A stretch of 62,816 bases of DNA, counting the filler, from Anaerolineae bacterium (GTDB lineage Bacteria; Chloroflexota; Anaerolineae; Epilineales; Epilineaceae): NCBI GenBank assembly GCA_029262755.1. It is 4 parts of 4 records of this genome, joined end to end, with 100 filler letters (N's around TTAATTAATTAA, not from the genome) between each part and the next. Parts side by side here need not be neighbours in the genome. Positions count along the whole stretch, not along the records: positions 30,132 to 51,659 come from JAJCYU010000338.1; 3 more parts are not named here. One strand, 5' to 3'. Below are positions 41,299 to 50,846 of this stretch, one piece after another (position 1 is the first letter of the stretch; each line of letters starts with the position of its first letter). The notes under the pieces are model-generated. The model saw nothing but the letters and a program-made list of their open reading frames with translations, did no database searches and was not told the origin of the DNA. Both the position numbers and the translations under genes were made by a program.

Positions 41299-43554
41299 AT
41301 GTGGCTTCGGTCCCGCGCGCTGCGGATCTACGGACCACCGGTCGCCCTGGCCCTGCTGGTAGCGGGCAGCGTCTGGTGGCTGGGTCGCGACCACGGTGCG
41401 GGCCCCGGTCCCGATCGCGCCGCCGGCGGGGATGCCCTGCCCGAGCGCCAATTCGGCGGATCGGTGAGCGCCGTCGCGGTGTCGGGCGAGCGCGCATGGC
41501 TTGGCACGGGCAACCGCCTACAGGCCGTGGACCTGTCGGACCCCCGCATCCCCGTTCCCCTCGGCCAGAGCGACGCGCTGCCGGAAGCGATCCGCTCCGT
41601 GGCCGTGGCGGGCGACTACGTGTACGCGGCCGCAGGGCTGTCCGGACTGGCCGTCTTTGACGCGGCGGACCCCAACCAACCGGTGCGCGTCGGCCTCGTC
41701 GACACGCCGTGGGCGACGAACGATGTCGTGGTCGCGGACGGCCTGGCCTACCTGGCGGACGGCAGCCGCGGCGTGCGCATCTTCGACGTGTCGGATCCCA
41801 CCTTACCGCGCCCGCTCGGTGCGACGGACACTCCGGGCGACGCCTTGAGCTTGGCGGTCGCGCGCCCCACGGGTCAAGGTGGAAGCGGAAGCGACGGTGG
41901 AAGTGGAAGCGACGGCGACGGCGACGACGGCGATCCGACGATTCTCGTTTACGTGGCCGACTGGGGCACCGGCGTACGGGTGCTCGACGCGAGCGATCCG
42001 GCCGCCCCGCACGAGATCGGCTGGATCGACACGCCCGGTGTCGCGTCCGACGTCGCGGTGAACGGCGACGTGCTGGTCGTGGCGGACCGCGAGGAAGGTT
42101 TGCGCATCGTGGACGTCTCCACGCCCGCCGCACCACGCGACGTGGCGGCGCTCGCGCTGCCGGGCGTGCCGGAGCGGGTCGCGCTGATCGGCGCCATCGC
42201 CTACGTGGCGGCCCAGGAGGGCGGCGCGTTGGCCATCGACCTGAGCGATCCGACGGCGCCCGTGCTGCTCGGTGGGCTCGAGGGCGCGACGGTGGTGGTG
42301 GATGTGGCGGTCGTCGCTGCAGCGGGCGACGACGTGGCGGCCGTGGAGGTGGCGGCTGTCGAAGTCGAGGCCGATGGTGCATCGGGCGCCGGCACGGGGG
42401 CCGAGACGGGCGGCGCGATGAGCAGGGGCGGCCCGCCGGCGGCGCACGTGTTCTTCGCGGACGTGGGAACGCGCGTTGCGCCGGCCGTCGACTCGCGCGC
42501 CGATCTGTGGGCGCGCATGCACATCTGGGGGGTCGAGGGCGCACCGAAGGTCGCCGCGGGTCTGGCCGGCATGCACATCGCCACGATCGTCGACTCGGGC
42601 ATGGAGCGGGTCGGCATGTACTTCAGCCCGAGCCTGATCGAGGGCGGTGATATCGTACCGGGCACCGACATCCTCTACCTGGCCGACGGACTTGCCGGCG
42701 TGCTCGTCGTGGACTTGTCGAAGCCGTCCGCCCCCGAATTGCTCGGCTCGCTCGATCTACCCGGCGCCACCCACGACATACGCGTGGACGGCGACCACGC
42801 GCTGGTCGCGGCCGGCGAGGCGGGCTTCGTGCTGCTCAACATCACCAACCCACGCAATCCGCTTGTGATCGGCACGGTGGACTCCCCCGGCGAAGCCCTC
42901 GGGATTGCGCTCGCGGAGGAGCCTGCCGATGCGCCCTCCGCGGACGCGCAGGCCGATGGCGAAGATGCTTCCGCAGCCGGAAGCCGGCGCCTCGTGTACA
43001 TGGCGGACGGTCCGGGCGGGTTGCGCGTGATCGATCCCTATGGTCCCGATGGCCCCGTCGAGGTCGGCTTCGCCGACACGCCGGGCAACAGCTGGGACGT
43101 CACGGTTTCGGGCGGCTACGCCTACATCAGCGACCGGCCGGGCGGGCTGCGCATCTTCGACCTCGCGCAACCGATGAGCCCACGTGAGGTAGCCGTGCGC
43201 TACGAGCACGAGGCCGACATCCTCGACGTCACCGTGGTCGGCGATCGCGCGTGGTTGGCGGGCGGGCTGACGGGCGTGATCCTCCTCGACGTATCCGACC
43301 CCACCGCGCCCGAAGAGTTGGGCGTGCTCGCCTTGGATGACCGCGCGATCGGCGTCGCGCACGACGGCGACCGCGTGTACGTCGCCGCGGGCACCGCCGG
43401 CCTGCGCGCGCTGACCGCCGGGTCATCGGGCACCATGCGCGAGCTCGCGGGCTGGGCGATGCCCGGCTCGTCCGAACGGGTGCTGCGCCACGGTGATCGA
43501 CTGTATGTGGCCGCCGAGATGGGCGGGTTGCAGATCGTCCCAATCGGTCGCTAG
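41299..43554 (+). CDS. LVIVD-repeat surface protein
   Basis: N-terminal TM segment and more than 10 repeats of AYxAD/GxxGLxIxDVSDPxxP...DTPG, with low-complexity insertions. Confidence 0.88.
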   Translation: MWLRSRALRIYGPPVALALLVAGSVWWLGRDHGAGPGPDRAAGGDALPERQFGGSVSAVAVSGERAWLGTGNRLQAVDLSDPRIPVPLGQSDALPEAIRSVAVAGDYVYAAAGLSGLAVFDAADPNQPVRVGLVDTPWATNDVVVADGLAYLADGSRGVRIFDVSDPTLPRPLGATDTPGDALSLAVARPTGQGGSGSDGGSGSDGDGDDGDPTILVYVADWGTGVRVLDASDPAAPHEIGWIDTPGVASDVAVNGDVLVVADREEGLRIVDVSTPAAPRDVAALALPGVPERVALIGAIAYVAAQEGGALAIDLSDPTAPVLLGGLEGATVVVDVAVVAAAGDDVAAVEVAAVEVEADGASGAGTGAETGGAMSRGGPPAAHVFFADVGTRVAPAVDSRADLWARMHIWGVEGAPKVAAGLAGMHIATIVDSGMERVGMYFSPSLIEGGDIVPGTDILYLADGLAGVLVVDLSKPSAPELLGSLDLPGATHDIRVDGDHALVAAGEAGFVLLNITNPRNPLVIGTVDSPGEALGIALAEEPADAPSADAQADGEDASAAGSRRLVYMADGPGGLRVIDPYGPDGPVEVGFADTPGNSWDVTVSGGYAYISDRPGGLRIFDLAQPMSPREVAVRYEHEADILDVTVVGDRAWLAGGLTGVILLDVSDPTAPEELGVLALDDRAIGVAHDGDRVYVAAGTAGLRALTAGSSGTMRELAGWAMPGSSERVLRHGDRLYVAAEMGGLQIVPIGR

Positions 43555-43652
43555 CAGGCAGATACAGGCCTCCGGCCAGGGGGGTGGAGCATGGCAAGGG
43601 TGGGGCTCGCGGGGACTTGCAGGGTCCGATCGCCTTCAACACGGAGACCAAC

Positions 43653-45356
43653 ATGCAGACGAACAATTCGCGTCCGAAGTCTCGCTCTTGGTGGGTCCGC
43701 GAGTCGGAGTTTCGTCGGCGTGCGCTCGGTGTCGGCCGTGACGATGGCGCGAGGGCCACGGACGTCGACCGCCTGAACCGGCCCACGGTATGTCGTCTCC
43801 TGACGGTTGGCCTCATCTGCGCCTCGCTGGCCCTCGCCGGAGCGCCGTGGACGGTGAGCCCGACGTCCCGCGCGCAGGGCCAAGAGCCCGACGTGATCGC
43901 CGTGCTCGACTTGTGGCCTGGCACGAGTTCCTCGGCGCCGGCCTACCTCACGCCGCTGGGCGATGTCGTGCTCTTCAGTGCGGCGGACGGGCCGCATGGG
44001 CGTGAGCTGTGGGTGTCGGACGGCACGGAGGCGGGCACGCAGATGCTGGTGGACATCCGACCGGGCATAGAGGGCTCCAACCCCATCGCCGGCGGGGAGA
44101 GCGAGCACAACCCGGTGCCGCTCGATGCGCGCACGCACTTCACCCAGGTCGGCGGCCAGCTCTACTTCGTCGCGGACGATGGCGTGCACGGGCGAGAGAT
44201 CTGGCTGACCGACGGGACGGCGGACGGCACGCGGATGCTTGCCGATGTGACCGAGGGCGCGGAGGAATGGGGCGTCGCGGCGTTCTTGACCGCGCACGAC
44301 GGGCGCCTGTTCTTCGTCGGCGACAACGGCTTCGACGGGGAGGAGCCATGGGTTTCGGATGGCACCGCGGACGGTACCGCGATGATCGCCGACGTGATGG
44401 AGGGTCCGGCCGGCTCTTGGCCGAAGGGGCTGGCCTCCACGGCCGTCGGGCTCGCGTTCGCGGCCGAGCACTTCGATGCCGGCGTCGAGCCGTGGGTGAC
44501 CGACGGCACCACGGCCGGCACGGTGATGCTCGGCGATCTCGTGTCTGGCCTCGACGGCTCGAACCCCTCGTCTTTCGTGGGCCATGACGGGGCGCTGCTC
44601 TTCGCGGCCAGCGATGTGGCCGGTGACGGAAATCAGGAACCGTGGACTTCGAATGGAACGGCGGCGGGGACACGCATGCTGGTCGATCTGAACCCGAGCG
44701 GCAGTGGCTTCAACGGCGGCTTTACCCCGCTCGGCGACGCGCTGTACTTCGCCGGTGACAACGGCGAGGCGGGCAGCGAGATATGGCGGACGGACGGCAC
44801 GGCCGAGGGCACGCGGATGGTAGCCGACGTCGCGTCGCGCGGGCGCGCTTCGGGACCGACCGAGTTCGCGGGCATCGGCAACCTGCTCTTCTTCAGCGCC
44901 TTCCACTTCGCCTACGGCATCGAGCCCTGGTTCACCGACGGCACCCCGGACGGCACCCGCCTGCTCGACGACATCAATCCCGGCAGCGTGCCGAGCTCTC
45001 GTCCGGCGGAAGGCACGGAGCGGGCCGAACGCCTCTACTTCAGCGCGGACCGCGACGGCGAGGGCCGCGAGCTGTGGTCGACGGATGGATCTTCGGCGGG
45101 AACGAAGCTGGTGGCCGACCTCCTCCCGGGCGCAGAAAGCTCCGCGCCGACGGGTCTGCGATCCCATGCCGGCCTGCTGTTCTTCGCGGCGCGCGGCGCG
45201 CAGACCGGCGTAGAGCTGCACATCCTCGGCGGCGACGCACCACCCCCCGCGGGCGCCTCGCCGACCGCGGTGCCGACGATAACGATCCCAACGCCGGCAC
45301 CGACCGATCCGTCGCAGGACGGACCCACGATCTACATGCCGTACGGCGAACGGTAG
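43653..45356 (+). CDS. ELWxxDGT-repeat secreted protein
   Basis: Eight E[LIP]WxxDGT-type repeats (e.g. GRELWVSDGTEAGT) and a C-terminal PT linker. Confidence 0.92.
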   Translation: MQTNNSRPKSRSWWVRESEFRRRALGVGRDDGARATDVDRLNRPTVCRLLTVGLICASLALAGAPWTVSPTSRAQGQEPDVIAVLDLWPGTSSSAPAYLTPLGDVVLFSAADGPHGRELWVSDGTEAGTQMLVDIRPGIEGSNPIAGGESEHNPVPLDARTHFTQVGGQLYFVADDGVHGREIWLTDGTADGTRMLADVTEGAEEWGVAAFLTAHDGRLFFVGDNGFDGEEPWVSDGTADGTAMIADVMEGPAGSWPKGLASTAVGLAFAAEHFDAGVEPWVTDGTTAGTVMLGDLVSGLDGSNPSSFVGHDGALLFAASDVAGDGNQEPWTSNGTAAGTRMLVDLNPSGSGFNGGFTPLGDALYFAGDNGEAGSEIWRTDGTAEGTRMVADVASRGRASGPTEFAGIGNLLFFSAFHFAYGIEPWFTDGTPDGTRLLDDINPGSVPSSRPAEGTERAERLYFSADRDGEGRELWSTDGSSAGTKLVADLLPGAESSAPTGLRSHAGLLFFAARGAQTGVELHILGGDAPPPAGASPTAVPTITIPTPAPTDPSQDGPTIYMPYGER

Positions 45357-45518
45357 GGGGCTTGGGGGTTCGCGCGAGACCAGGACCGAGGCGGGCGCTT
45401 CCGAACTCCGCGAATGCGGATCGAGTGGGCCGTGTCGCGTTGCGGCAGTAAGGCGCCCGGTTCATCATAGGGATGAGCGTATTCCGTCCGCGCTGAACTC
45501 CGCCATGTGGAGCATCCC

Positions 45519-47075
45519 ATGAGCACGCGAAGCAGCCATCTATCACGCGCCGATTGGACCCTGCTGCCCCTCTTGCTCGTGTTCACGTTCTCGGGCCGGC
45601 ACCGACCGCCGCTCGTCGCCGCTTCACCCGCCGCGCAAGACGAGCCCCCCGCCGCCGTCGTCTACCTACCGCTCACGATGCTCGACGCGTCCCGCGCCGA
45701 TCTGCACGTAGGGCCGGCCGGTCCCGGGGCCACCGCTCTGCCGTCCTCTGCGCCCCCGACGGCCGGACCCGGGCCGACGTCCACGCCCACGGGGATCGCG
45801 ACCGAGACGCCGGACCCGACCGTGCAGCCGAGCCCAAGCGCGCTGCCGTCGCCGACCACGAAGCCCGATCCGCCGATCGAGATCGACGGGGATTGGGTGC
45901 GCACGCCGCATTACGCGCTGCTCTCGCCGTCGGAGGCCATCGACAAGCAGGAGCTCGGGCGGATGATGGAGCAATTCTACGATCAAGCAACCGCGTACTT
46001 CGGCGCTGAACCCGAAGGCGACGAGCGCCTCGTCGGGAAGATCTTCGCCGACGATGCGAGCTACCGGGCCGGGCTCGCCGCCGATGGGATCGGCAGCGGC
46101 GCCGGCGGCTCCGGCGGCTACTTCGACCCCGGAACACGCACCTTCTACCTCTTCGTCCAGCCCAGCAGGCACTACACGCGCATGCTCACCCTGCACGAGG
46201 CCACGCACCAGATGCAGCGCCTGGCGGGCGATTGCTCGAATCCGGGCTGGTGGACCGAGGGCGAGGCGGAGCATCTGGGCATGCACACGTGGGACGGTGA
46301 GACGTTGCAGTTGGTCAGCCAACCGCTGATCTCCCTCGAGGACCATCCGCGCTCCGCCCTGGAGGCGTTCCAACGCAAGGGCCGCGATGTCGGTCCGATC
46401 GTCGCAGGCAGCCCTGACTACAGCTACCGCGAGGCGTGGGCGCTCGTCAGCTTCGTGCGCGCGACGGCGCCGCGCGAGTTCCGGGCGCTGCGGGCACGCT
46501 ACTGCGCCGGCGAGGCGTCGGCCGAGGCCTGGCGTGCGGTATTCGGCCGAGATGTCGACGCGGCGCTAAACACCGGCTACGAGACCTGGCTTCAGGCGAA
46601 CCAACAGCCGTGGACCTGGGTGTGGAACACCTTCGAGCCGTTGGGACCTGACGGCTTCCACGGCGTCGCGATGAACAGCAACGCGCTCGCCGCCATGAAA
46701 GAGCGACCCGACGCGCTGACCGTGGAGATCGAGCCGATCGCGGGCGCGCTACGGGCCGGTCTGGCCGTGGCGTACTACGGGCCGCACGACTTCGTGATGG
46801 TGCGCCTCTACGCCGATCGCCGGCTTGAGATCATCCGCGTGACGGAGGGTTTCCAGTGGACGTGGCTGCACCGCGCGACCGCACCGGAGCCGCAGGCAGG
46901 CGCGCTCGATTCCATGAGCGCGCGGGTCGAGGGCGCGGAGGCTGGAGGCGACGAGCGGTTGGTGATCGCGATGAACGGGCAGGACGTCTTCACGCTCGAC
47001 GATCCGCGCGACGTGGCGGGACGCTTCGGGTTGAACTTGGAGGGGTGCGAGATGCGGGTGCGGGTGCTGCGGTAG
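45519..47075 (+). CDS. Secreted gluzincin-like metallopeptidase (peptidase MA/DUF1570-like) with a C-terminal beta-sandwich
   Basis: LHEATHQ and WWTEGEAE (HExxH...E), YREAWALV, signal peptide and PT linker. Confidence 0.78.
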   Translation: MSTRSSHLSRADWTLLPLLLVFTFSGRHRPPLVAASPAAQDEPPAAVVYLPLTMLDASRADLHVGPAGPGATALPSSAPPTAGPGPTSTPTGIATETPDPTVQPSPSALPSPTTKPDPPIEIDGDWVRTPHYALLSPSEAIDKQELGRMMEQFYDQATAYFGAEPEGDERLVGKIFADDASYRAGLAADGIGSGAGGSGGYFDPGTRTFYLFVQPSRHYTRMLTLHEATHQMQRLAGDCSNPGWWTEGEAEHLGMHTWDGETLQLVSQPLISLEDHPRSALEAFQRKGRDVGPIVAGSPDYSYREAWALVSFVRATAPREFRALRARYCAGEASAEAWRAVFGRDVDAALNTGYETWLQANQQPWTWVWNTFEPLGPDGFHGVAMNSNALAAMKERPDALTVEIEPIAGALRAGLAVAYYGPHDFVMVRLYADRRLEIIRVTEGFQWTWLHRATAPEPQAGALDSMSARVEGAEAGGDERLVIAMNGQDVFTLDDPRDVAGRFGLNLEGCEMRVRVLR

Positions 47076-47378
47076 TGGAAACCCGCCTTCGCAAGACTTC
47101 TTGGACGCGTTACGGCCGCAGTCGATTCGCGCTGAGACCACGGTTTCGCCATGGCCATTGACCTGCGAACGAAGAACCGTCCCGTCGGCCGCACGAATGC
47201 GAGTTCGACGGGACGGGTTCGCATGGATCGGATCGCTGCGGCGTAGCGCCGAATCCCAGCGCGATGCCAGCGGAGCTCCGCTGGAGTAACTAGGTTGGAG
47301 GTCGCCACCGCCTAGGCTCGGGCCGCGGCGGCGGCGGCAGCGGTGTCCGATCCCTGAAGATTCGGTGCAACCGCGTGC

Positions 47379-47528
47379 TTATCGCGACACGGACGCGTTC
47401 GCGTCTTCCTCGCGCTCCTGCCTACGCCCATCCTGGATGGCGGCCCAGATCAGCGGTGCCGTCACGAATCCGCTTACCACCAGGCCGTAGACAAAAATGA
47501 AGATGTCTCCGCCGAGAAGATCATTCAT
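47379..47528 (-). CDS. Small single-TM protein (49 aa)
   Basis: MNDLLGGDIFIFVYGLVVSGFVTAPLIWAAIQDGRR. ATGA overlap with the upstream small gene. Confidence 0.6.
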   Translation of the reverse strand: MNDLLGGDIFIFVYGLVVSGFVTAPLIWAAIQDGRRQEREEDANASVSR

Positions 47529-47704
47529 GCTGAGCCTTCTCCGGCGTGCAATAGGGCACCGAAGGACAGAATCGACGGAACCCACAGTCCGACGTAGAGA
47601 CCCTGCTCCTTCGACCCGTTGAACCACAGGTAGACGGAGAGCAGGAAGGACATCAGGGCGCCGATGAGGATCATCGTCTTGCTCATGCCGAGTTTTGCAA
47701 TCAT
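47525..47704 (-). CDS. Small 2-TM membrane protein (59 aa)
   Basis: RBS GAAAGGA. SFLLSVYLWFNG..EQGLYVGLWVPSILSFG. Confidence 0.72.
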   Translation of the reverse strand: MIAKLGMSKTMILIGALMSFLLSVYLWFNGSKEQGLYVGLWVPSILSFGALLHAGEGSA

Positions 47705-48126
47705 GTCATGGTCCTTTCGAGTGGTAGCCACGCGGGAAGCGAGGCAAGGATAATCCGTGCAGTTCGGCGTTTCGGGTCGCGAGGGACCCATATGCCGCAC
47801 CGGTGCTTCGCTTCGACGAGGTGGGCCAAGATGCAGAGGGCGAGCGCTCCGAGCGTCAGCGCGTTCTTAGGTATGCGGAGTGGGATCTTACCTCAGAATT
47901 CGGTCGCCACGCCCCTGGCGGGATACCGGCCCGCCGAGTCGCAACGCCAGGGCCCGACCAACTTGCGGGTGCAGATGCTTCGGTGATGGGAGGAAGGTCG
48001 CTACGGCGTCACTACGGAGGGAAGCAGGGGATCCATCGTCCGACCTCCGCATCGGCAACTCTTAGCTCGTGACCACGATCTGCGAAGGCATTGGGGCGAA
48101 AAACATACCGTCGCCAGGCCGCGATG

Positions 48127-48819
48127 CTACCCGTCTTCTTGGTCCTGCAACCGCGTCCGCAGCCGCTCGATCTCGGCCTCGGCGTCGCGCAGGGCTGACA
48201 TCGAATCTCGCAGGGCCGCGGTCTTGTCCTCCACCCGCTGCAGAGGCCGGCCTGTTCGCACATCGACCAGCACGATGCGGCCGTCTTCCGGCGCTAGGGA
48301 GAGGCGCAAGCCCAAGGCAGCGCTCTCGAGGCTGCCGTCCGGCGCAGGATCGATGCCTTCATATCGATCGTTGACGAGGCGGAAGCCCTGGAGGGCCGGG
48401 TGGAGGTAGTCCGCCTCCGGGTCATAGAGCCAGTACTCCGCGACACCCAGACGGGCACAGAGCACCTTCTTCTTGCCGTGATCCTCTAGCCAGGTCTTGC
48501 GTGACGAGACCTCGAGGACCACTTCGGGCGCGACCCGCTCCTCCCACAGCTTGTAGATGCGGCGCTGCTGACCGCCCACACCACGAACGAGAAAGACGTC
48601 CGGCGCAAAGACAGCGGACGGCACCCCCTGCTCGTAGTAGACGAAGAGGTTGCCCGACACGTAGTCGCGAGACGCCGAGCCACGGCCGACGTGGTCGCGC
48701 AGCATGTCGATCAATGCGAACATCTCGTCGCGGTGGAGGTCGGTCTCGGCCATGGGCTGCCCGTCGGACTCGGGGTAGTCGACGGCCGGGGGGATCGCGG
48801 ATTGTGGCATGGCGCCCAT
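48127..48819 (-). CDS. Uma2/DUF820-family endonuclease-fold protein
   Basis: YPESDGQPMAET, APDVF, PEVVLEVSS, LGVAEYWLYDP, C-terminal coiled coil. Confidence 0.92.
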   Translation of the reverse strand: MGAMPQSAIPPAVDYPESDGQPMAETDLHRDEMFALIDMLRDHVGRGSASRDYVSGNLFVYYEQGVPSAVFAPDVFLVRGVGGQQRRIYKLWEERVAPEVVLEVSSRKTWLEDHGKKKVLCARLGVAEYWLYDPEADYLHPALQGFRLVNDRYEGIDPAPDGSLESAALGLRLSLAPEDGRIVLVDVRTGRPLQRVEDKTAALRDSMSALRDAEAEIERLRTRLQDQEDG

Positions 48820-49114
48820 CGCAGTCTCCTTGACGAGGCCTACAGTCTAGCGGGGGCCGAATAGCGGCTCGTATTGCCTGACGAGCCCTAAGAACAGCGC
48901 TCGAACAATGCGCTGGATTGCACCCTATCGCTCCAGTCTAGCATCGCGGCCGTCGAGCTTGGATGCGATTCTCAGCATGCCGAATTGGGGTGACCGGAGG
49001 GAGGGGGCGCGAGCCACGATGACGCCGAGTTCGTGACATCGACGGGGCATTGGCATCTAGCGCCGACCTCGCGAGACCGGGCGGGGCGCTGCGGGCTGAA
49101 CGTGGAGTGGTACG

Positions 49115-49200
49115 GGGTGCGTGTGCGGGTTGCAGGTGCAGGTTGTAGGTGCGGGTGCGGGTGCTGCGGTGATGCGGTGATGCGGTAATGCGGTAATGCG
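49115..49200. repeat. Short degenerate tandem repeats
   Basis: GTGCGG/GTGCAG hexamers followed by four TGCGGTRA octamers (about 49165-49196), just past the stop of the gene ending at 49211. Confidence 0.6.
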
Positions 49201-49210
49201 TTGAAGGCCG

Positions 49211-49843
49211 CTACGGGGTCACCCACGCTGCGCCGTTCCATTGCCAGGTCAGGTCGTAGACTTCGTCGTCCGACGAGGCGATTTGCAGGGAGATCTCTTC
49301 GCCGCGGATCGTCCACTTCTCGTCCCACAGGTCGTCGCGATCGATGTCGACCTTGGCGCGATTCATCGTGGCTTCGCCTGCATCTTGGTAGAGGTTGACC
49401 TTGTAGCCTCGCCCCTGCGTGACGTCCTTGCGCTTGTCGGTGCCGAGGTCTTTGCCGACCATCATCAGCACGACTTGATCCCAATTGCGGGGTGCGACAA
49501 GGCCGTCGACGCCGGCCGCCTCGCGTGCCATGTCGGGAGCGTTGTCTACGGAGCTGCTCACCGCGTTGCTCTGCGGTTGCTCGCTCGACACACGACGCTG
49601 TGCGCGGGACTCGACGATGGCCGCCTCGCGCGTATCGGCGATAACCACATCCTCGCCCGGCGCCGCGTTCAGCACGTATGCCGACTCGGCCGCGGCCGGT
49701 AGCCCGCGGTCGGACGACAAGAGCGATTCACCGGGCTCCGCGAAGGGACCGCCCGTGAAGTATCCGTAGCCGAGCAGGGCAGAGAGGCCGAGCGCGGAGA
49801 CGGTGCGAATGAAGGTCTTGCGCTTGATGTTGCCTGCGAGCAT
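49211..49843 (-). CDS. Hypothetical membrane-anchored protein
   Basis: RBS GGAGAG, N-terminal TM segment, C-terminal domain YKVNLYQD...RAKVDIDRDDLWDEKW. Directly follows the radical SAM pair. Confidence 0.7.
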   Translation of the reverse strand: MLAGNIKRKTFIRTVSALGLSALLGYGYFTGGPFAEPGESLLSSDRGLPAAAESAYVLNAAPGEDVVIADTREAAIVESRAQRRVSSEQPQSNAVSSSVDNAPDMAREAAGVDGLVAPRNWDQVVLMMVGKDLGTDKRKDVTQGRGYKVNLYQDAGEATMNRAKVDIDRDDLWDEKWTIRGEEISLQIASSDDEVYDLTWQWNGAAWVTP

Positions 49844-49877
49844 GACGTTTCTCTCCATTGCGCTATGCGATGTAAGT

Positions 49878-50846
49878 CTATGCGGAGGGTGAGGCGGCCG
49901 CCGGTGGAGGGGGATCCATGGCCACCATGCCGCGCTGCTGTGGAACGGTGCAGTTGCAGTAGCGGTATACGCACGGAGCTGGATCGAGTCGCAGCCGGAA
50001 GGTGCCATCGAGCAGGTTGCCGAGCCCTTCGCGCCGATAGCGGCGCGCCGGATAGCAGCGATAGGCGTTGCCGCGGTGATCGACGATCAGGTAGCGTGCG
50101 CCCGCCCAACAGCTGCGACCGGAGAGGTTCGGCGCGACGTGGCCGGTTCCGTTGTGCCCGCCCAGCGCACGGATCGTCGCCAGCTCGCTGTCACGATAGG
50201 CGATCACGTCCCGATCCTGCTTCTCCGGTTGGACGCGAAAAGGGATGCCCGCGGCCTGGAATTGCGCATGCAAGGCCACCAGTTGCGGCAGGTTCTCGCG
50301 GGTGGCGACACACGTGACCACGACGCGCCCCGGGTGAATGCCGGCAAACCAGACCACCTTCCTGCAAAACGCATCGGCCTCCACGTACTCTAGATGGAGG
50401 GAGGCAGAGAGCAATCCCGGGCGGACTTCCGACGCGGCGGCGAAGGCGCGCAGGGTGTCGCGTGGGGCGGAGAAGTTGGTGACGACGCTTACCCGTAATC
50501 CACCGGCTACCAGCGCGCGCACGGCGTCGAGGAAGCCGGGATGCTGGAAGGGTTCGCCGCCCGAGAGCTTGATCTCCCAATCTCCAGGCAGCGCGCAGAA
50601 CGCGTCGATGAAGCCGGGCAGATCGCGCGCCCACTGTGCGCGATCGTCCTGGAAGCGTTGGGTGCAGTACGTGCAGCGGTAGTTGCAGGTCGTGTTCATG
50701 TTCCACGAGACGACCCCGGACAGCGGGTAGGGCGGCGCGGGTATCGCCGCGCTCTCGACCGGCTCCGCGTTGCGCACGAAGACGCCGCCGTCCACGTACA
50801 ACGCGATGGGCGCCGCGCCTGGCGCACGATCCGGCGGATTGTTCAT
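49878..50846 (-). CDS. Radical SAM protein with a C-terminal SPASM/twitch-like Cys domain
   Basis: CNYRCTYC, SGGEP, VTN, then C-X17-C...CxxxxCxC. Confidence 0.92.
   Translation of the reverse strand: MNNPPDRAPGAAPIALYVDGGVFVRNAEPVESAAIPAPPYPLSGVVSWNMNTTCNYRCTYCTQRFQDDRAQWARDLPGFIDAFCALPGDWEIKLSGGEPFQHPGFLDAVRALVAGGLRVSVVTNFSAPRDTLRAFAAASEVRPGLLSASLHLEYVEADAFCRKVVWFAGIHPGRVVVTCVATRENLPQLVALHAQFQAAGIPFRVQPEKQDRDVIAYRDSELATIRALGGHNGTGHVAPNLSGRSCWAGARYLIVDHRGNAYRCYPARRYRREGLGNLLDGTFRLRLDPAPCVYRYCNCTVPQQRGMVAMDPPPPAAASPSA

Noticed and set aside
48127..48819. Uma2 gene as a defence system
   Set aside because: Solitary member of a family that is often highly paralogous, with no methylase or other defence genes adjacent.
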